A stretch of 62,809 nucleotides of DNA, the filler included, from Chrysochromulina tobinii (Eukaryota): the NCBI GenBank assembly GCA_001275005.1. It is 10 parts of 10 records of this genome, joined end to end, with 100 filler letters (N's around TTAATTAATTAA, not from the genome) between each part and the next. Parts side by side here need not be neighbours in the genome. Positions count along the whole stretch, not along the records: positions 18,112 to 31,016 come from JWZX01000361.1; positions 31,117 to 32,726 come from JWZX01000362.1; 8 more parts are not named here. One strand, 5' to 3'. Both the position numbers and the translations under genes were made by a program. This document shows positions 21,562 to 31,411 of this stretch, piece after piece; position 1 is the first letter of the stretch; every line of letters starts with the position of its first letter. The notes beneath the pieces are model-generated. The model was not told where the DNA came from. It saw nothing but the letters and a program-made list of their open reading frames with translations, and ran no database searches.

Positions 21562-24024
21562 CTACGTCGATGGTATTACTTCAACCCCTCTCCCCGCCTC
21601 GAGCTCGACGTCGCCTGCCGCGCCAGGCGGGCCCTGCTTTATCTTCTTCTTCTTCTTCTTGGCCGGGACGTCCGGACTCGAGGGCGGGCCGTCGCTCTCA
21701 TCCAGTACCACCTCTCGCAGCGCCTCGGCGCCTCCTTCCTCCAAACGCTCCCTTTCAAGGCGAGCCTGCCGCAGTTCGCTCAGGGCCGCGTCCGTGGCCA
21801 CTCTTGATTGGACGTGTGAATCAGACGTGTGAATCAGAGCCGAGTCCGTGGCCACTCGAGTTGCGCTGGTCGCACTCGTGGACTTACCTTGCACCTCCTC
21901 CTTCTTCTCAGCATTGACCCAAGTTACGGAGAAGACAATCTTGCCTTGCGGGAAGACGTCTTCACTGAAGTTGATGCGCTCGTAGTCCGCGAGCGCCTGA
22001 AGGCTGACGCTCACCTCGCCCATCGCGTCATCGCTGTCCAACACGCCCATGTCCTTGTCCGTGATCACAAGCTCGAGTTGCTGTGAAAGCAGTTTGCCCA
22101 AGCGCTTCACTTTCCATGGACCCAGCGTCTCGTCCCACACGGGGTAGAGCGTCCTCTCCTTGATGGTACTCTGCACTCGTTGTTTGCCCAGCACGGCGCT
22201 GACGTACGGATCCGCACTGCCATTCGTGTCCGCGGGCTTGAGGCCATCCGCGTAGAGGAGGTGGATCCGCAGCTCGCCACGTCCCTCGAGCCGCAGGTGC
22301 TTCTCGGCGGCGCTCGTGGACTCGAGCTGAATAGGTGGTGGCAGCTCGGGCCGTCTTCCACGCGCACGCACCGCCTTGAGGACGGGCGGGAGCTTGGCGC
22401 GCTCCTCTTCGAAGGCGCGCCGGCACTTTTCCATGTCGGCCTCCTTCCGGCTCCCCTTCGTGATCTCCTGATCCAAATTCTTGAGGAAGGCGTCAAAGTC
22501 GATCGACTGCCCATGTAAGCAGGTGGCAAGTTCGCTGAAGGAAAGGCCATATGCGCCCTGGGCGGCGTCAACGTCTGTGTCGGCATCCCTGAGTACTGTG
22601 TGAGCAATGGCATGCGCCTTCTCCCAAGGAACCCAGGGTGTCCCGTCGCTCTTCTCCGCGTGCGCGAATGCTTTGCAGATGTCGACGGGCTCGATCGCAC
22701 CGTTATTGTCTGGATCCAAGTCTCGATAGATGAGAGCTGTAAGGGCGGCCTTCATGCCCAGCTCCGCAAACTCGCCTCGCTTCGAGACGAGCTCCTGGCG
22801 CTTATTTCGCAGCACTGTCGACGAGCCGTTGGGCAGGCAGTAGAATGCCACTACGTCCGCGACTAGGTTGGCCGACCCCGCGACGACGACGGCGCTCAGG
22901 AGCACCTTGAGAAGCACGAAGAAGTCGAACGCGTACACCTGCCCGGTGACATGGAACTTGAAGACGACTCCGCGACGATGGCGGTCGACGATGTCAAACT
23001 CGGAGGGCGTGCCTCCCGGAAGCGCCGCCGATCCGACCCACACGGCGTTCTGCCGGCCGACTTCCACATCGACGGCGACGATGCTCGACAGGCGCACCTC
23101 GGCGTGCACGCTGCGGTTGCCGATGATGGCGCGTCGAGAGTACGGATCCAGATTCGTGTACGAAATGTCGACACGCAGGCTCGCTCCCGTCGATCGGCGG
23201 TTGGGGAGGACGCCGCTCGGGCCCGTCCTTGTCGATGGGTTGGGCGCGTCAAGGCTGATGCCGGCTGCAGCAAGCCACTCGCTGAGGGGGAGCTGGAGCG
23301 CCACGCCCGCATCAAAGCGAAGCCGCGTGCCGTTCGCGAAGACCAGCTCGCTCCAGAGGCCCTCCTCGCCAGGCAGCGCTCCCACCGATGACCCTCGCCA
23401 ACTGCCATCGACCACATACGCGTGCTCGAAACTCAGCGACATGCGCTCGACGGCAAAGGGAAAGATGGTCTGCCGCAGCTCGCACCCACACTGCCCACTC
23501 TGGCGCTGGAATGGCACGCCGCCGCGCGTCGAGCATGCTGTGCGACGAGTGCGGTTGCCGTCGTCGGCGCAGCGCCAGCCTGTGGTGCGGGTCTCTGTGA
23601 GCGCGCTCGTGAATGCCATCGCATCTTCCGTCTTGTACGTCAGCTCGGACGGTCGGAAGAGACGGCATGGGAGTGCCTGCTGCTGCTGCTGCTGACCCAG
23701 TTGCAGCATCCACGGCTCTGCGCAGTAGGGTGCCGTCAGTGCAGCAGGACGCACACTGGTCGTGCTTGGCATGCCCCCTTGCGTGCTCCACGCGTTGACG
23801 ATACCACCGGGCACCTCGGTCATCGCCCACGCGTTGCTGAAGTGCAGAGGCAGCAACGCCACTAACATCGCGATCAGCACGCAAGTATAGTAGAGCATGC
23901 CAACCTCCGGCACATCGACCTTGATGTACTTGGGCGTCTGGTAATAGAGGAGCCACGGCGCGTGCGTGCGGATCCACGGGGAGCCACAGGATGGCTCCAT
24001 GAGGCAGCTGTACGACAGGCCCAT
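21562..24024 (-). CDS. P2X-receptor-like ion channel fused to EF-hand and C2 domains
   Basis: YQTPK motif before TM1, Cys-containing ectodomain, RGVVFKFHVTGQVYAFDF followed by TM2 ending ADVVAFY, EF loop DPDNNGAIEPVD, and C2 motif LKPADTNGSADPYV..STIKERTLYPVWDE. Confidence 0.85.
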   Translation of the reverse strand: MGLSYSCLMEPSCGSPWIRTHAPWLLYYQTPKYIKVDVPEVGMLYYTCVLIAMLVALLPLHFSNAWAMTEVPGGIVNAWSTQGGMPSTTSVRPAALTAPYCAEPWMLQLGQQQQQQALPCRLFRPSELTYKTEDAMAFTSALTETRTTGWRCADDGNRTRRTACSTRGGVPFQRQSGQCGCELRQTIFPFAVERMSLSFEHAYVVDGSWRGSSVGALPGEEGLWSELVFANGTRLRFDAGVALQLPLSEWLAAAGISLDAPNPSTRTGPSGVLPNRRSTGASLRVDISYTNLDPYSRRAIIGNRSVHAEVRLSSIVAVDVEVGRQNAVWVGSAALPGGTPSEFDIVDRHRRGVVFKFHVTGQVYAFDFFVLLKVLLSAVVVAGSANLVADVVAFYCLPNGSSTVLRNKRQELVSKRGEFAELGMKAALTALIYRDLDPDNNGAIEPVDICKAFAHAEKSDGTPWVPWEKAHAIAHTVLRDADTDVDAAQGAYGLSFSELATCLHGQSIDFDAFLKNLDQEITKGSRKEADMEKCRRAFEEERAKLPPVLKAVRARGRRPELPPPIQLESTSAAEKHLRLEGRGELRIHLLYADGLKPADTNGSADPYVSAVLGKQRVQSTIKERTLYPVWDETLGPWKVKRLGKLLSQQLELVITDKDMGVLDSDDAMGEVSVSLQALADYERINFSEDVFPQGKIVFSVTWVNAEKKEEVQGKSTSATSATRVATDSALIHTSDSHVQSRVATDAALSELRQARLERERLEEGGAEALREVVLDESDGPPSSPDVPAKKKKKKIKQGPPGAAGDVELEAGRGVEVIPST

Positions 24025-24599
24025 GATGATGATTGCAGCAGCAGCAGCGCCACTGACGGCGTATGATGGACGGGGAAGCGTCCACCTCGACCCCTCGTGG
24101 TTTTCGTTGAAGTCTTCAATCTCAGATTCGAGAACGGGGGCCCTCCTTCCTGAGCGTTTGGTAAGCTTGTGGTTTTAGGTGAAGCCATATTGTGAAACGA
24201 CCCAAGGCCCGGCGAGGTCCCCTGACCGGCCGGAACCCATACCGGTAGCCCGTAAGGTCGAGGCGGCCCAGATGGGCCTCCCCTGCCACTGCTGCCTGAA
24301 GTCCCGGCCCCGCCGGCAACAGGCCCGTCAGTGGCCGTCTCGCCCCCTGCGGAAGGTAGCGCGAGTCGCGGTTATTGAATGCCCAGCGTTGAAAGGGAAG
24401 TTGACGCTGGTTTGACTGTCTTGCGGAATGGGCGAAACCGACGGATCCGAACCCCGGCGGTTGAAGGGAATCAAAGTTGGGCATGAATGAGCACGTCTTC
24501 CCTGTCACAGACGTGTCACGTGTAGCCCCGAATATTGTAGGTAAGTGGAGGGGCGGGGAACAGCGACTCGAAGTCCCCCCACTAGGGCTCGTCAGCGGC

Positions 24600-26183
24600 C
24601 TAGTAGTCGTCGACCTCATCGAAGGACATACCGGCCAGGTCGGAGACTGACTGTGTCCCAGCGCGGCGGGTCCACTCGCAGCACTGCTCGAAGCACGCCC
24701 GCACGTAGAGTCTGTGCAGGTCGGACGACCACCGGCCCATGGTCCTGATGACGGTCTCGTTGGCGCCGGCGGCGAAGAGCGCGGTAGCGCCGCCGATACG
24801 CATCGAGTGTGTCGAGAACTCGTCGGGGTTCTCGCCGATGGTCGCCATCAGAGTCTTGATGGCGTGGTTGATCGTGTCGTAGCGTAGCGGGTTGTTAGTT
24901 AGCGGGTCACGAAATAGCGGCGTTAAGTGGGCGTCTCGAGGGTCGACCGGGTCGACTTCGAGCAAGTTGCGCACTTCGGCGACTGCGTCCACGTATTCTC
25001 CGCCTGCGCCGATGACCAGCGGGCAGGTCTTGCCGCCTATGTGAGTCATGTTCTTACATGGGTGCATCCAGAAGACGAGGCGATCCTTGGAAAGCTCGGC
25101 GATGTCGGACCGATTGATCGTGAACTTGTTGGCCTTGCCTTCCTTGGACGTGTACTCGGCGCTCCGAAGAAGCCCTTGGAGTGCACAGGCGAGCGCCGCC
25201 CGGATGTTGGCGTGCGCTGGGTTCTTGGGATCGAGCATGAGATCCATAGCGCGTCTGAGGGACTGTGGCGCTACACCGCGCCTGAGCTTCTTGGGGATGC
25301 CTCCAAGGACGCGCTTCATACCCTTGACCATCTGAGGAATGCGCTCCAGCTTCATGCCTCCTGCGATCTTGACTCCGTGCTCGCGAAGGTGCCAGCCTTG
25401 TACGGAGCTGAAGTATTTGGCGGCGGTGTCGGGGGTAACGCCGCGCTCAGAGACGAGGGCGCAGACAAATCTCATCGCAAGCCACTCGTCCTCGAGCTTC
25501 TCGGAGAGCGGGGTGGTGAAAGGGTCGACTGGCCGGTCGGCGGGCGTGCCGACGACGTCTTGACAGAAAGCGAACCAAGCCCTCACGCCGGTGGTTGACC
25601 TGCCGCGCTTGCCATCAGCCGAGGCCGCGTCGAGGTAGGCGTCGATTTGGTCGTCGAGCGGGTGATGTTTTCGAAGCTGCCTCGTCGTGCGCTCTGGGGC
25701 GGGCGATGCCTTCGAGCGCGTTGTTCGCGAAGAGGGCTCCCAGGGCCAGTGTACGGGGTGGCCGTTGTCATCGACGTAGGAGCCGTCCTGCATGGACTGG
25801 GAGTAGGGCTGATCATCTTCGGCGCGAATTGGCTCCTCGGGCGTTAGCTCGGGGATCTCGATGCGGTTGAAGCGGATGAGCTCGGCGGGCATCGCCGCCG
25901 GAGGTGGCCGTGGGCCCTGATTGGCACGCATCATGCCGCGCTCGATTGACTTGAGCGCTTGGCGCTTGCACTGGTCTGACGATTGGCCTTTCTTGGCGGG
26001 CCATGCGAAAGTGACCGTCCTTTTCTTGGAGGCGGCTAGGGCTTGCTCGATGGCGGCTGACTGGGCGGCGGCTTGGCCAGGGTTGAACGGCTGATGGACT
26101 GGCCGAGGTGTTGCCGTCGAGAAATCATTCCTGGTCGCGCTTCCGAGGGCGTGGCGGCCGGCGAGGGGGTCTGCTGCAGTCAC
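24600..26183 (-). CDS. Tyrosine recombinase of the retrotransposon
   Basis: SAM-like core (TAAKYFSSVQGWH) plus catalytic LLRSAEY, HPCKN, HSMRIGGATAL and MGRWSSDLHRLYVR. Confidence 0.92.
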   Translation of the reverse strand: MTAADPLAGRHALGSATRNDFSTATPRPVHQPFNPGQAAAQSAAIEQALAASKKRTVTFAWPAKKGQSSDQCKRQALKSIERGMMRANQGPRPPPAAMPAELIRFNRIEIPELTPEEPIRAEDDQPYSQSMQDGSYVDDNGHPVHWPWEPSSRTTRSKASPAPERTTRQLRKHHPLDDQIDAYLDAASADGKRGRSTTGVRAWFAFCQDVVGTPADRPVDPFTTPLSEKLEDEWLAMRFVCALVSERGVTPDTAAKYFSSVQGWHLREHGVKIAGGMKLERIPQMVKGMKRVLGGIPKKLRRGVAPQSLRRAMDLMLDPKNPAHANIRAALACALQGLLRSAEYTSKEGKANKFTINRSDIAELSKDRLVFWMHPCKNMTHIGGKTCPLVIGAGGEYVDAVAEVRNLLEVDPVDPRDAHLTPLFRDPLTNNPLRYDTINHAIKTLMATIGENPDEFSTHSMRIGGATALFAAGANETVIRTMGRWSSDLHRLYVRACFEQCCEWTRRAGTQSVSDLAGMSFDEVDDY

Positions 26184-26894
26184 CTGTTCGCTGGGCGCCG
26201 CCGAGGAGCAGCCGCCTGCGAGGCTGTCGTAGGCGCGACCGAAGGCTGCCGCGAAATCAGTGGGGCGCGGCCGCGCGGCCGAATGGTCGTCCTGGGCTGT
26301 CGCGAGATTTTCTGTGGGGAGGAGTGACGAGCCTGGGATGAGTAACGGGATGCAATCGAAGTGGTTGCATGCAATCAGATGGGAGGGACGTGGGTGTATG
26401 CCCGCCGGCGGCTCTCATTCTGAGTGACTTGACACGTGGAGTGGGACCCGTCGGTCACCTGGGCACTCCTTTTTGAGGCCTCTCTCCGTGTTTGGAAGTG
26501 TGAACTGTCACCCTGGACCGCCTTGGCGGCCACTCTTCCGGTTCGGCGGATTCTCGGCCCCTTCTTGAGAGCGGCTGTTTCCGTTCGAGGGCGGTAGTCG
26601 ACCCATGGGGCGTCCGCAAGCCTCTCCTAAAGGTGGGTTCTGGAGTGTGACTTGTCACCCTTGGGCGCGCTCTTGAGAACGGCCGCTCTCCAAACGAGGG
26701 GCTGAGCGCGGGGGCCTCCTGCGGTATCAACGGTCCTCCATAGTTGGTCATCATGGGCTGGCGTGCCTAGTACGCCTCGAGCTCGCGTCTTACGCGGCTC
26801 CTCCCTTACGATGTAGATTGCTCGGGTGACCGTCATGTTCCGGTCACCCCTCGGCCGCTCGCCGGAGATCGAGATAGCGATGCCGAAAGCCGCG

Positions 26895-29800
26895 TCACAA
26901 TGACGGGAGCTCTCGGTACCGCTGCGGGACTTGTAGCTCGACGCAACGCATCCCGCACTCCTGCGGCTGACGCAGGGCCTCGGTGATTTCTCCTCTCGAG
27001 AGATCGTCGGCGACGTCGTTGTCAACCGAAGCAATCCTTTCGTTCTTCTCGTGAACACCTCTGGCCATGAGGTTCTTCAGACGGGCGAGGTTGAGCTCGT
27101 TGAGCATCTCTGTCGATGTCCGTCCGTTCTCGGCAATGCTCTCGGCGGTCGTGTTGTCGACGAAGGCCGTGGTATGAGTGAAATTCTTACCGAGCTCAAG
27201 GCCGAGGTCGAGGAAGACGTTGCCGCCGACGTCGCGGGCGTGCGCTTCGAGGACGTTGATGGAGAAGTTCTCGATCTCCTGGCGCGTCCACCTCCAGTGG
27301 ATGTAGTAGAAGGTGTTGTCGATAGCGCACCACGCCCCGGCGCCGCTGTGGTTCTCGGAGAGGTTGAGCTCTCGAGACGCATCGGAGTATCTGACCAAGT
27401 GGGTCGGGGAGCTCGCGCCGGGGAATTCTGATCGGCTGGCGAGAGGAAGGCCGGTGAGGTCGGCCGTCTCGAGCTGGTGCAGCCACCAGGTGAGCTCCTT
27501 GCGCACCTTAGTGGTGATCATGACGCCGAGCAGCTCGCCCTTGTCAACCCCGAGAAAGATCTTCTTCGCCGTGTTGACAGCCTGGCGGAGATGAAAGAGG
27601 TGAGGCCGGCCGAGCGGGATGACGTCGGCTGCGTGCAAGAGCTTATGGATGAGCGAGTGAGTCTGATTGAACTCAGCTACGCCGACCCCGTTCGGCATGA
27701 CGCGTTTCGTAAAGAGCGTGCGCTTCACGATGGATGCATACGCGGTAGCCTTGATCTTCGGCAGCAGCCGCCGTTGAACGTCGAGGTGAATACCGATGCC
27801 CAGGAAGATGATCCTCAAGTCAGGGCCTTCCTGCTTGTCCATGGGGCACTCGTGCAGGACGAAGGTGGCGATCTTGATCGCCGCCTCGGCATACAGCTCG
27901 ATGCGAGATTGGTGATGACGGGTGACGACTCCGGAGCTGTCAGTGGCGAGGATGAACTTGGGCGCACCATCGCGGTCGTGCAGCTTGTCGTCGAACGAGA
28001 GCAGCCCGCCGTCGTCTACGTAGTAGCAGACCCAGAAGAGGACGTCCCAGAGGAACTCGTCGTTGGACGCCGAGCGTGACCTTAGATGTGCCCTCGATGC
28101 CAGCCACTGGATGAGTGGTGGTATCGTTGTCGGGTACTCCTTGTCCATACGCGCTAGTTCACGCTGCATAAAGAAATTGAGGCCGTCGGACTCTCTGCAG
28201 CAGTGATCGGGTGCGTGCGCCTCGCCAAAGTTGGGGCGCATGTCAAGGCTATAGCCATCCCTGAAGAGAAGTCCTGACTCGCGCCACGCTGATCTCTCCT
28301 TTGGGTGGAAGCGAAAGAAGGCCTTGAGATCGAACTTTTTCATCAGGAGCTTGACGTCGGGCGCTGGCATCGCGATCGTCCTGCACATTCGCAGCGGGGC
28401 GCCAAGGATGGCGGCCGCCCTTGCGACCTCTCGTACGGTGACGAGGCGGAGAGAGCCTGCCGTCACAGCCTCCTCGGCCAGGTTGACGAGAGTGTTGAAC
28501 GGAGGGAGGTCGGCTCTGCCGGAGGTCCACATGCTCTTATCAATAGTGAGCCTGGGCTTCCCGTTTTGGAGGACGATGTTGCACGGGTCGATAATGACCG
28601 GCCAAATCTCCGGGAAAGGGCACGCCGCCGAAATAAAGCCCATGGCGATGTTCTTGACGTTCTGCTCTCCAAAGGCTCTTGCCTCCTTGAGGGCACCGAC
28701 GTGCGGTGGCGCGAGCACGGCGCCGTTGGGCATGTTGGCGCCAGGGAATCCGTGCTGGATCCACGAGACCACTTGCCTGTCTGTGAAGCCCTCGGCTTCA
28801 GCGAGCTCGGTGAAGTGCTCAGCGCTGATCAGGTTGGGCTGGCCGGCGCAGGGCTGATCGTGGGGATACGATGACGGTCTCACGGCATCCCAAATCGCAT
28901 CCTGGGTCAAGGGAGCTTGAGCGTCGCGACGTCTCCAGGCAAAGCCCCACCCGCACTCGTTGAGGGCCTCGGCTTCTGAGAAGGCGACCGGGGTTGGGCG
29001 AAGCTTGCGTGCGACCCGCCAACCACTTTCGCCGGCGCCGGCGCGTTTGAGGGCCTCGGCGACTTCTCTCGCGAATTGTAAGACCTGTCCCTGGACGAAG
29101 AGCGGGATAAGCTGGGCCGTCGTGAGCGGACCCGGTGTCTTCTCCGGCTGCGGCGGGGCAGGAGCTGGCTCGGTGCGCCTCGGGACGTTTGAGCGGGGGA
29201 GCGCTTCCACCAGGAGGACGCTCTCGAGCTCGGGCTCCAAGCATCGCAAGCTGCCAAGCTTGTGGATGCGTGGGGTCGGAAGCTGATCGACGTGCCCGCC
29301 GTCGATCGCATGTGGGCGCGCTGAGCCGACGTGCATGTTGCCCTTGGACGACGAGGGTGTCTTGGAAGACTTCTGGGCCGGGCCGCGCGGGCGGTGCTCG
29401 CCGACCATTGCTCTTGCCAGTAGGACGTTGAGGCCGATGGGAATGAGAGAAACCCTTGGCTCATGATCGATGCCGCGGACGTCGGCCTCGAGCTCGAGGT
29501 GCTCGTGTAGGACGTGTTCGCACACGAGCTGGCCGTCGATCCAGAGTGACGGCATCTTGGCGGAGACGAGGACGTCGGCGTGCACTCCGAAGGGGGAGCC
29601 GCATTTGCACAGCGGAACGGTGGTCTTGGTGGCTCCCATCTCGATTAGATTGATGATGGCGGGCTGGTGCCAAAGTTGGGCCCAATCGGCGTGCTCCTTC
29701 GAGTAGGCCGGGGAGCTCTGGACGTCGTGCTCGGCGGTGCCGAGGATGCTCCACAGTGTGTCGCTGCTCTCGGCGGTCGTGGCTGCAAGGGCGGCGAACT

Positions 29801-31016
29801 CGGTGAGGCTGTTGTGCTTCTGCAAGTACTTGACGAGCCGAGGCGGTAGATGACGAAGGCCTTGAACATTCGCCTTGGAGCGAATCTGAGGGCCATCGAC
29901 GACCATGTACGAGCCCATCGGGAGTGCTATATGCACCGCCTTGAACTCGCGCTCGAGGATGCGGCCGAGGATCTTGAGCTGTAGCTCTAGGTCGCACAAG
30001 TCCTGGTGCGTGTCGTTGAGGATGTCATACTCCTCGACGATCGCGCCGTCGTCCTTGAGGCGGATCTGATCGGCGAGACGACCTTGAGACTTGGCGCCGG
30101 AAAAGAGGATGAGGTACTTGTCGCTCTTGGCGGTTGAGACCGTATCGACGACTTCGTCTCTTGTCCTGAGTAGCTGTGCCTGATGAGACACCATGCTGCG
30201 GAGGAGCTCAGAGTGGCACCTCTTGCCTACGGGGCATGCGCAGCCGAGGCCGATGCGATGACCCTTGGAGACGATCTGGGCGAGCTGGTTGATGCCCCGG
30301 AGGCGTTCTTCGGAGGCGGCAAACTCGCTGCCCGACCACGCCTGTGCACGGGTGACGCTGAGCTGGCGGCAGATCTCGTCGACGGTGGCCGTGCGGCGGC
30401 GCCACCATTCCTGGTAGGCGTCGCATACGGGGTTGCGCTGCGACTCGTCCTTCATCATCGTAAAGGGGTTCGAGAAAATGGACGGGCGGCGCACGTCGAG
30501 CACCGGGATCATTCTGAGTTCGTTCTTGCTTCCCATGTGAGAGTAAACGATCTGGCCAATGTCCTTGACCTTGAGGCCGAGCGCGGCGATTTCCGGTTCG
30601 CAGCCGGCGCAGAGGTCGAGGATCTCAGCATCAGAGTCGTCGTCGTCGTCGGGCTCGGAGAGCGGGACGGGCGTCGACGGCCTCGTCTTGGCGGCGGCTG
30701 GTCGATGAGTTGGCGGCACTGGGACATGAAGCTCGGGTACGAAAGAGGCGATAAGGGCGTCCTTGAAGGCGAGTGGCTTCTTGGGCTCCTTGAGGCCGAC
30801 AGCTGCCTTGGCTGGGTCGGGCGGCGCGAAGGATTGATCTTGCGCTTCGATGACCGCCTTGGCGGGCTCATTGACGGAGTGCTCGCACACGTGCGGCGTC
30901 GACGTCAGAGCTGCGCCGTTGGAAGCTATCGGCGGCGCGGCGAGGGTCACCTGGTCGTGCGGCTTGGCTGCGTCGAGCTTGGCTCGCTGGCGCCGCAGGA
31001 AGGCTTCTCTCGGGCC
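26895..31016 (-). CDS. Pol polyprotein: DUF4326-like, degenerate C5-DNA-methyltransferase-like, reverse transcriptase, RNase H; open to the linker
   Basis: RRPSIFSNPF..CDAY..LGCACP..RCHSELL; LILFSG..EYDI..DL..VHIALPMGSY; FDLKAFFR, RPNFGEAHAP, YVDDG; YSDAS, SINVLEA, VDNTTA, NDVADDLSRG. Confidence 0.9.
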   Translation of the reverse strand, partial: GPREAFLRRQRAKLDAAKPHDQVTLAAPPIASNGAALTSTPHVCEHSVNEPAKAVIEAQDQSFAPPDPAKAAVGLKEPKKPLAFKDALIASFVPELHVPVPPTHRPAAAKTRPSTPVPLSEPDDDDDSDAEILDLCAGCEPEIAALGLKVKDIGQIVYSHMGSKNELRMIPVLDVRRPSIFSNPFTMMKDESQRNPVCDAYQEWWRRRTATVDEICRQLSVTRAQAWSGSEFAASEERLRGINQLAQIVSKGHRIGLGCACPVGKRCHSELLRSMVSHQAQLLRTRDEVVDTVSTAKSDKYLILFSGAKSQGRLADQIRLKDDGAIVEEYDILNDTHQDLCDLELQLKILGRILEREFKAVHIALPMGSYMVVDGPQIRSKANVQGLRHLPPRLVKYLQKHNSLTEFAALAATTAESSDTLWSILGTAEHDVQSSPAYSKEHADWAQLWHQPAIINLIEMGATKTTVPLCKCGSPFGVHADVLVSAKMPSLWIDGQLVCEHVLHEHLELEADVRGIDHEPRVSLIPIGLNVLLARAMVGEHRPRGPAQKSSKTPSSSKGNMHVGSARPHAIDGGHVDQLPTPRIHKLGSLRCLEPELESVLLVEALPRSNVPRRTEPAPAPPQPEKTPGPLTTAQLIPLFVQGQVLQFAREVAEALKRAGAGESGWRVARKLRPTPVAFSEAEALNECGWGFAWRRRDAQAPLTQDAIWDAVRPSSYPHDQPCAGQPNLISAEHFTELAEAEGFTDRQVVSWIQHGFPGANMPNGAVLAPPHVGALKEARAFGEQNVKNIAMGFISAACPFPEIWPVIIDPCNIVLQNGKPRLTIDKSMWTSGRADLPPFNTLVNLAEEAVTAGSLRLVTVREVARAAAILGAPLRMCRTIAMPAPDVKLLMKKFDLKAFFRFHPKERSAWRESGLLFRDGYSLDMRPNFGEAHAPDHCCRESDGLNFFMQRELARMDKEYPTTIPPLIQWLASRAHLRSRSASNDEFLWDVLFWVCYYVDDGGLLSFDDKLHDRDGAPKFILATDSSGVVTRHHQSRIELYAEAAIKIATFVLHECPMDKQEGPDLRIIFLGIGIHLDVQRRLLPKIKATAYASIVKRTLFTKRVMPNGVGVAEFNQTHSLIHKLLHAADVIPLGRPHLFHLRQAVNTAKKIFLGVDKGELLGVMITTKVRKELTWWLHQLETADLTGLPLASRSEFPGASSPTHLVRYSDASRELNLSENHSGAGAWCAIDNTFYYIHWRWTRQEIENFSINVLEAHARDVGGNVFLDLGLELGKNFTHTTAFVDNTTAESIAENGRTSTEMLNELNLARLKNLMARGVHEKNERIASVDNDVADDLSRGEITEALRQPQECGMRCVELQVPQRYRELPSL

Positions 31017-31352
31017 NNNNNNNNNNNNNNNNNNNNNNNNNNNNNNNNNNNNNNNNNNNNTTAATTAATTAANNNNNNNNNNNNNNNNNNNNNNNNNNNN
31101 NNNNNNNNNNNNNNNNTCGCGCATTCTCCAGCCATCCGTCGCACGCCATACGCCGACCTCTGATTCGTAAAGGCGCACGAGCGATGGGGCTTGGGTGCCA
31201 TTCGATGGGGTCACGTGGCAACCTTGCGAGCGCGAGAACGCGATGCGATAAAGGAAGACCTAATGAAGAGTTTAATTTTAGCGTTTGACGTGGTGTCACG
31301 TTTGGTCTCGATTCCTTACCGCGTAGCACATGGTGGCGGCGGGAAGAGGTGC

Positions 31353-31359
31353 TATAAAA
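31353..31359 (+). promoter_or_regulatory. TATA-box candidate
   Basis: TATAAAA about 55 bp upstream of ATG 31412. Confidence 0.4.
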
Positions 31360-31411
31360 GTTGAGCTCTGGTACCGGTAGTCATTCGTTTCCAAACCGCG
31401 CCCTTCGAACA

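Larger units (their letters stand above)
24130..31016 (-). mobile_element. Tyrosine-recombinase (DIRS/Ngaro-like) retrotransposon, 5' truncated by the linker; 3' boundary approximate
   Basis: An RT-RNase H ORF followed by a YR ORF on the same strand, then ~470 bp of non-coding tail. Confidence 0.9.

Noticed and set aside
24560..24600. ctgacga-gccc-tagt-gggg just after the YR stop, resembling a hammerhead core
   Set aside because: Followed by GACU rather than GAAA, with no closing stems found.
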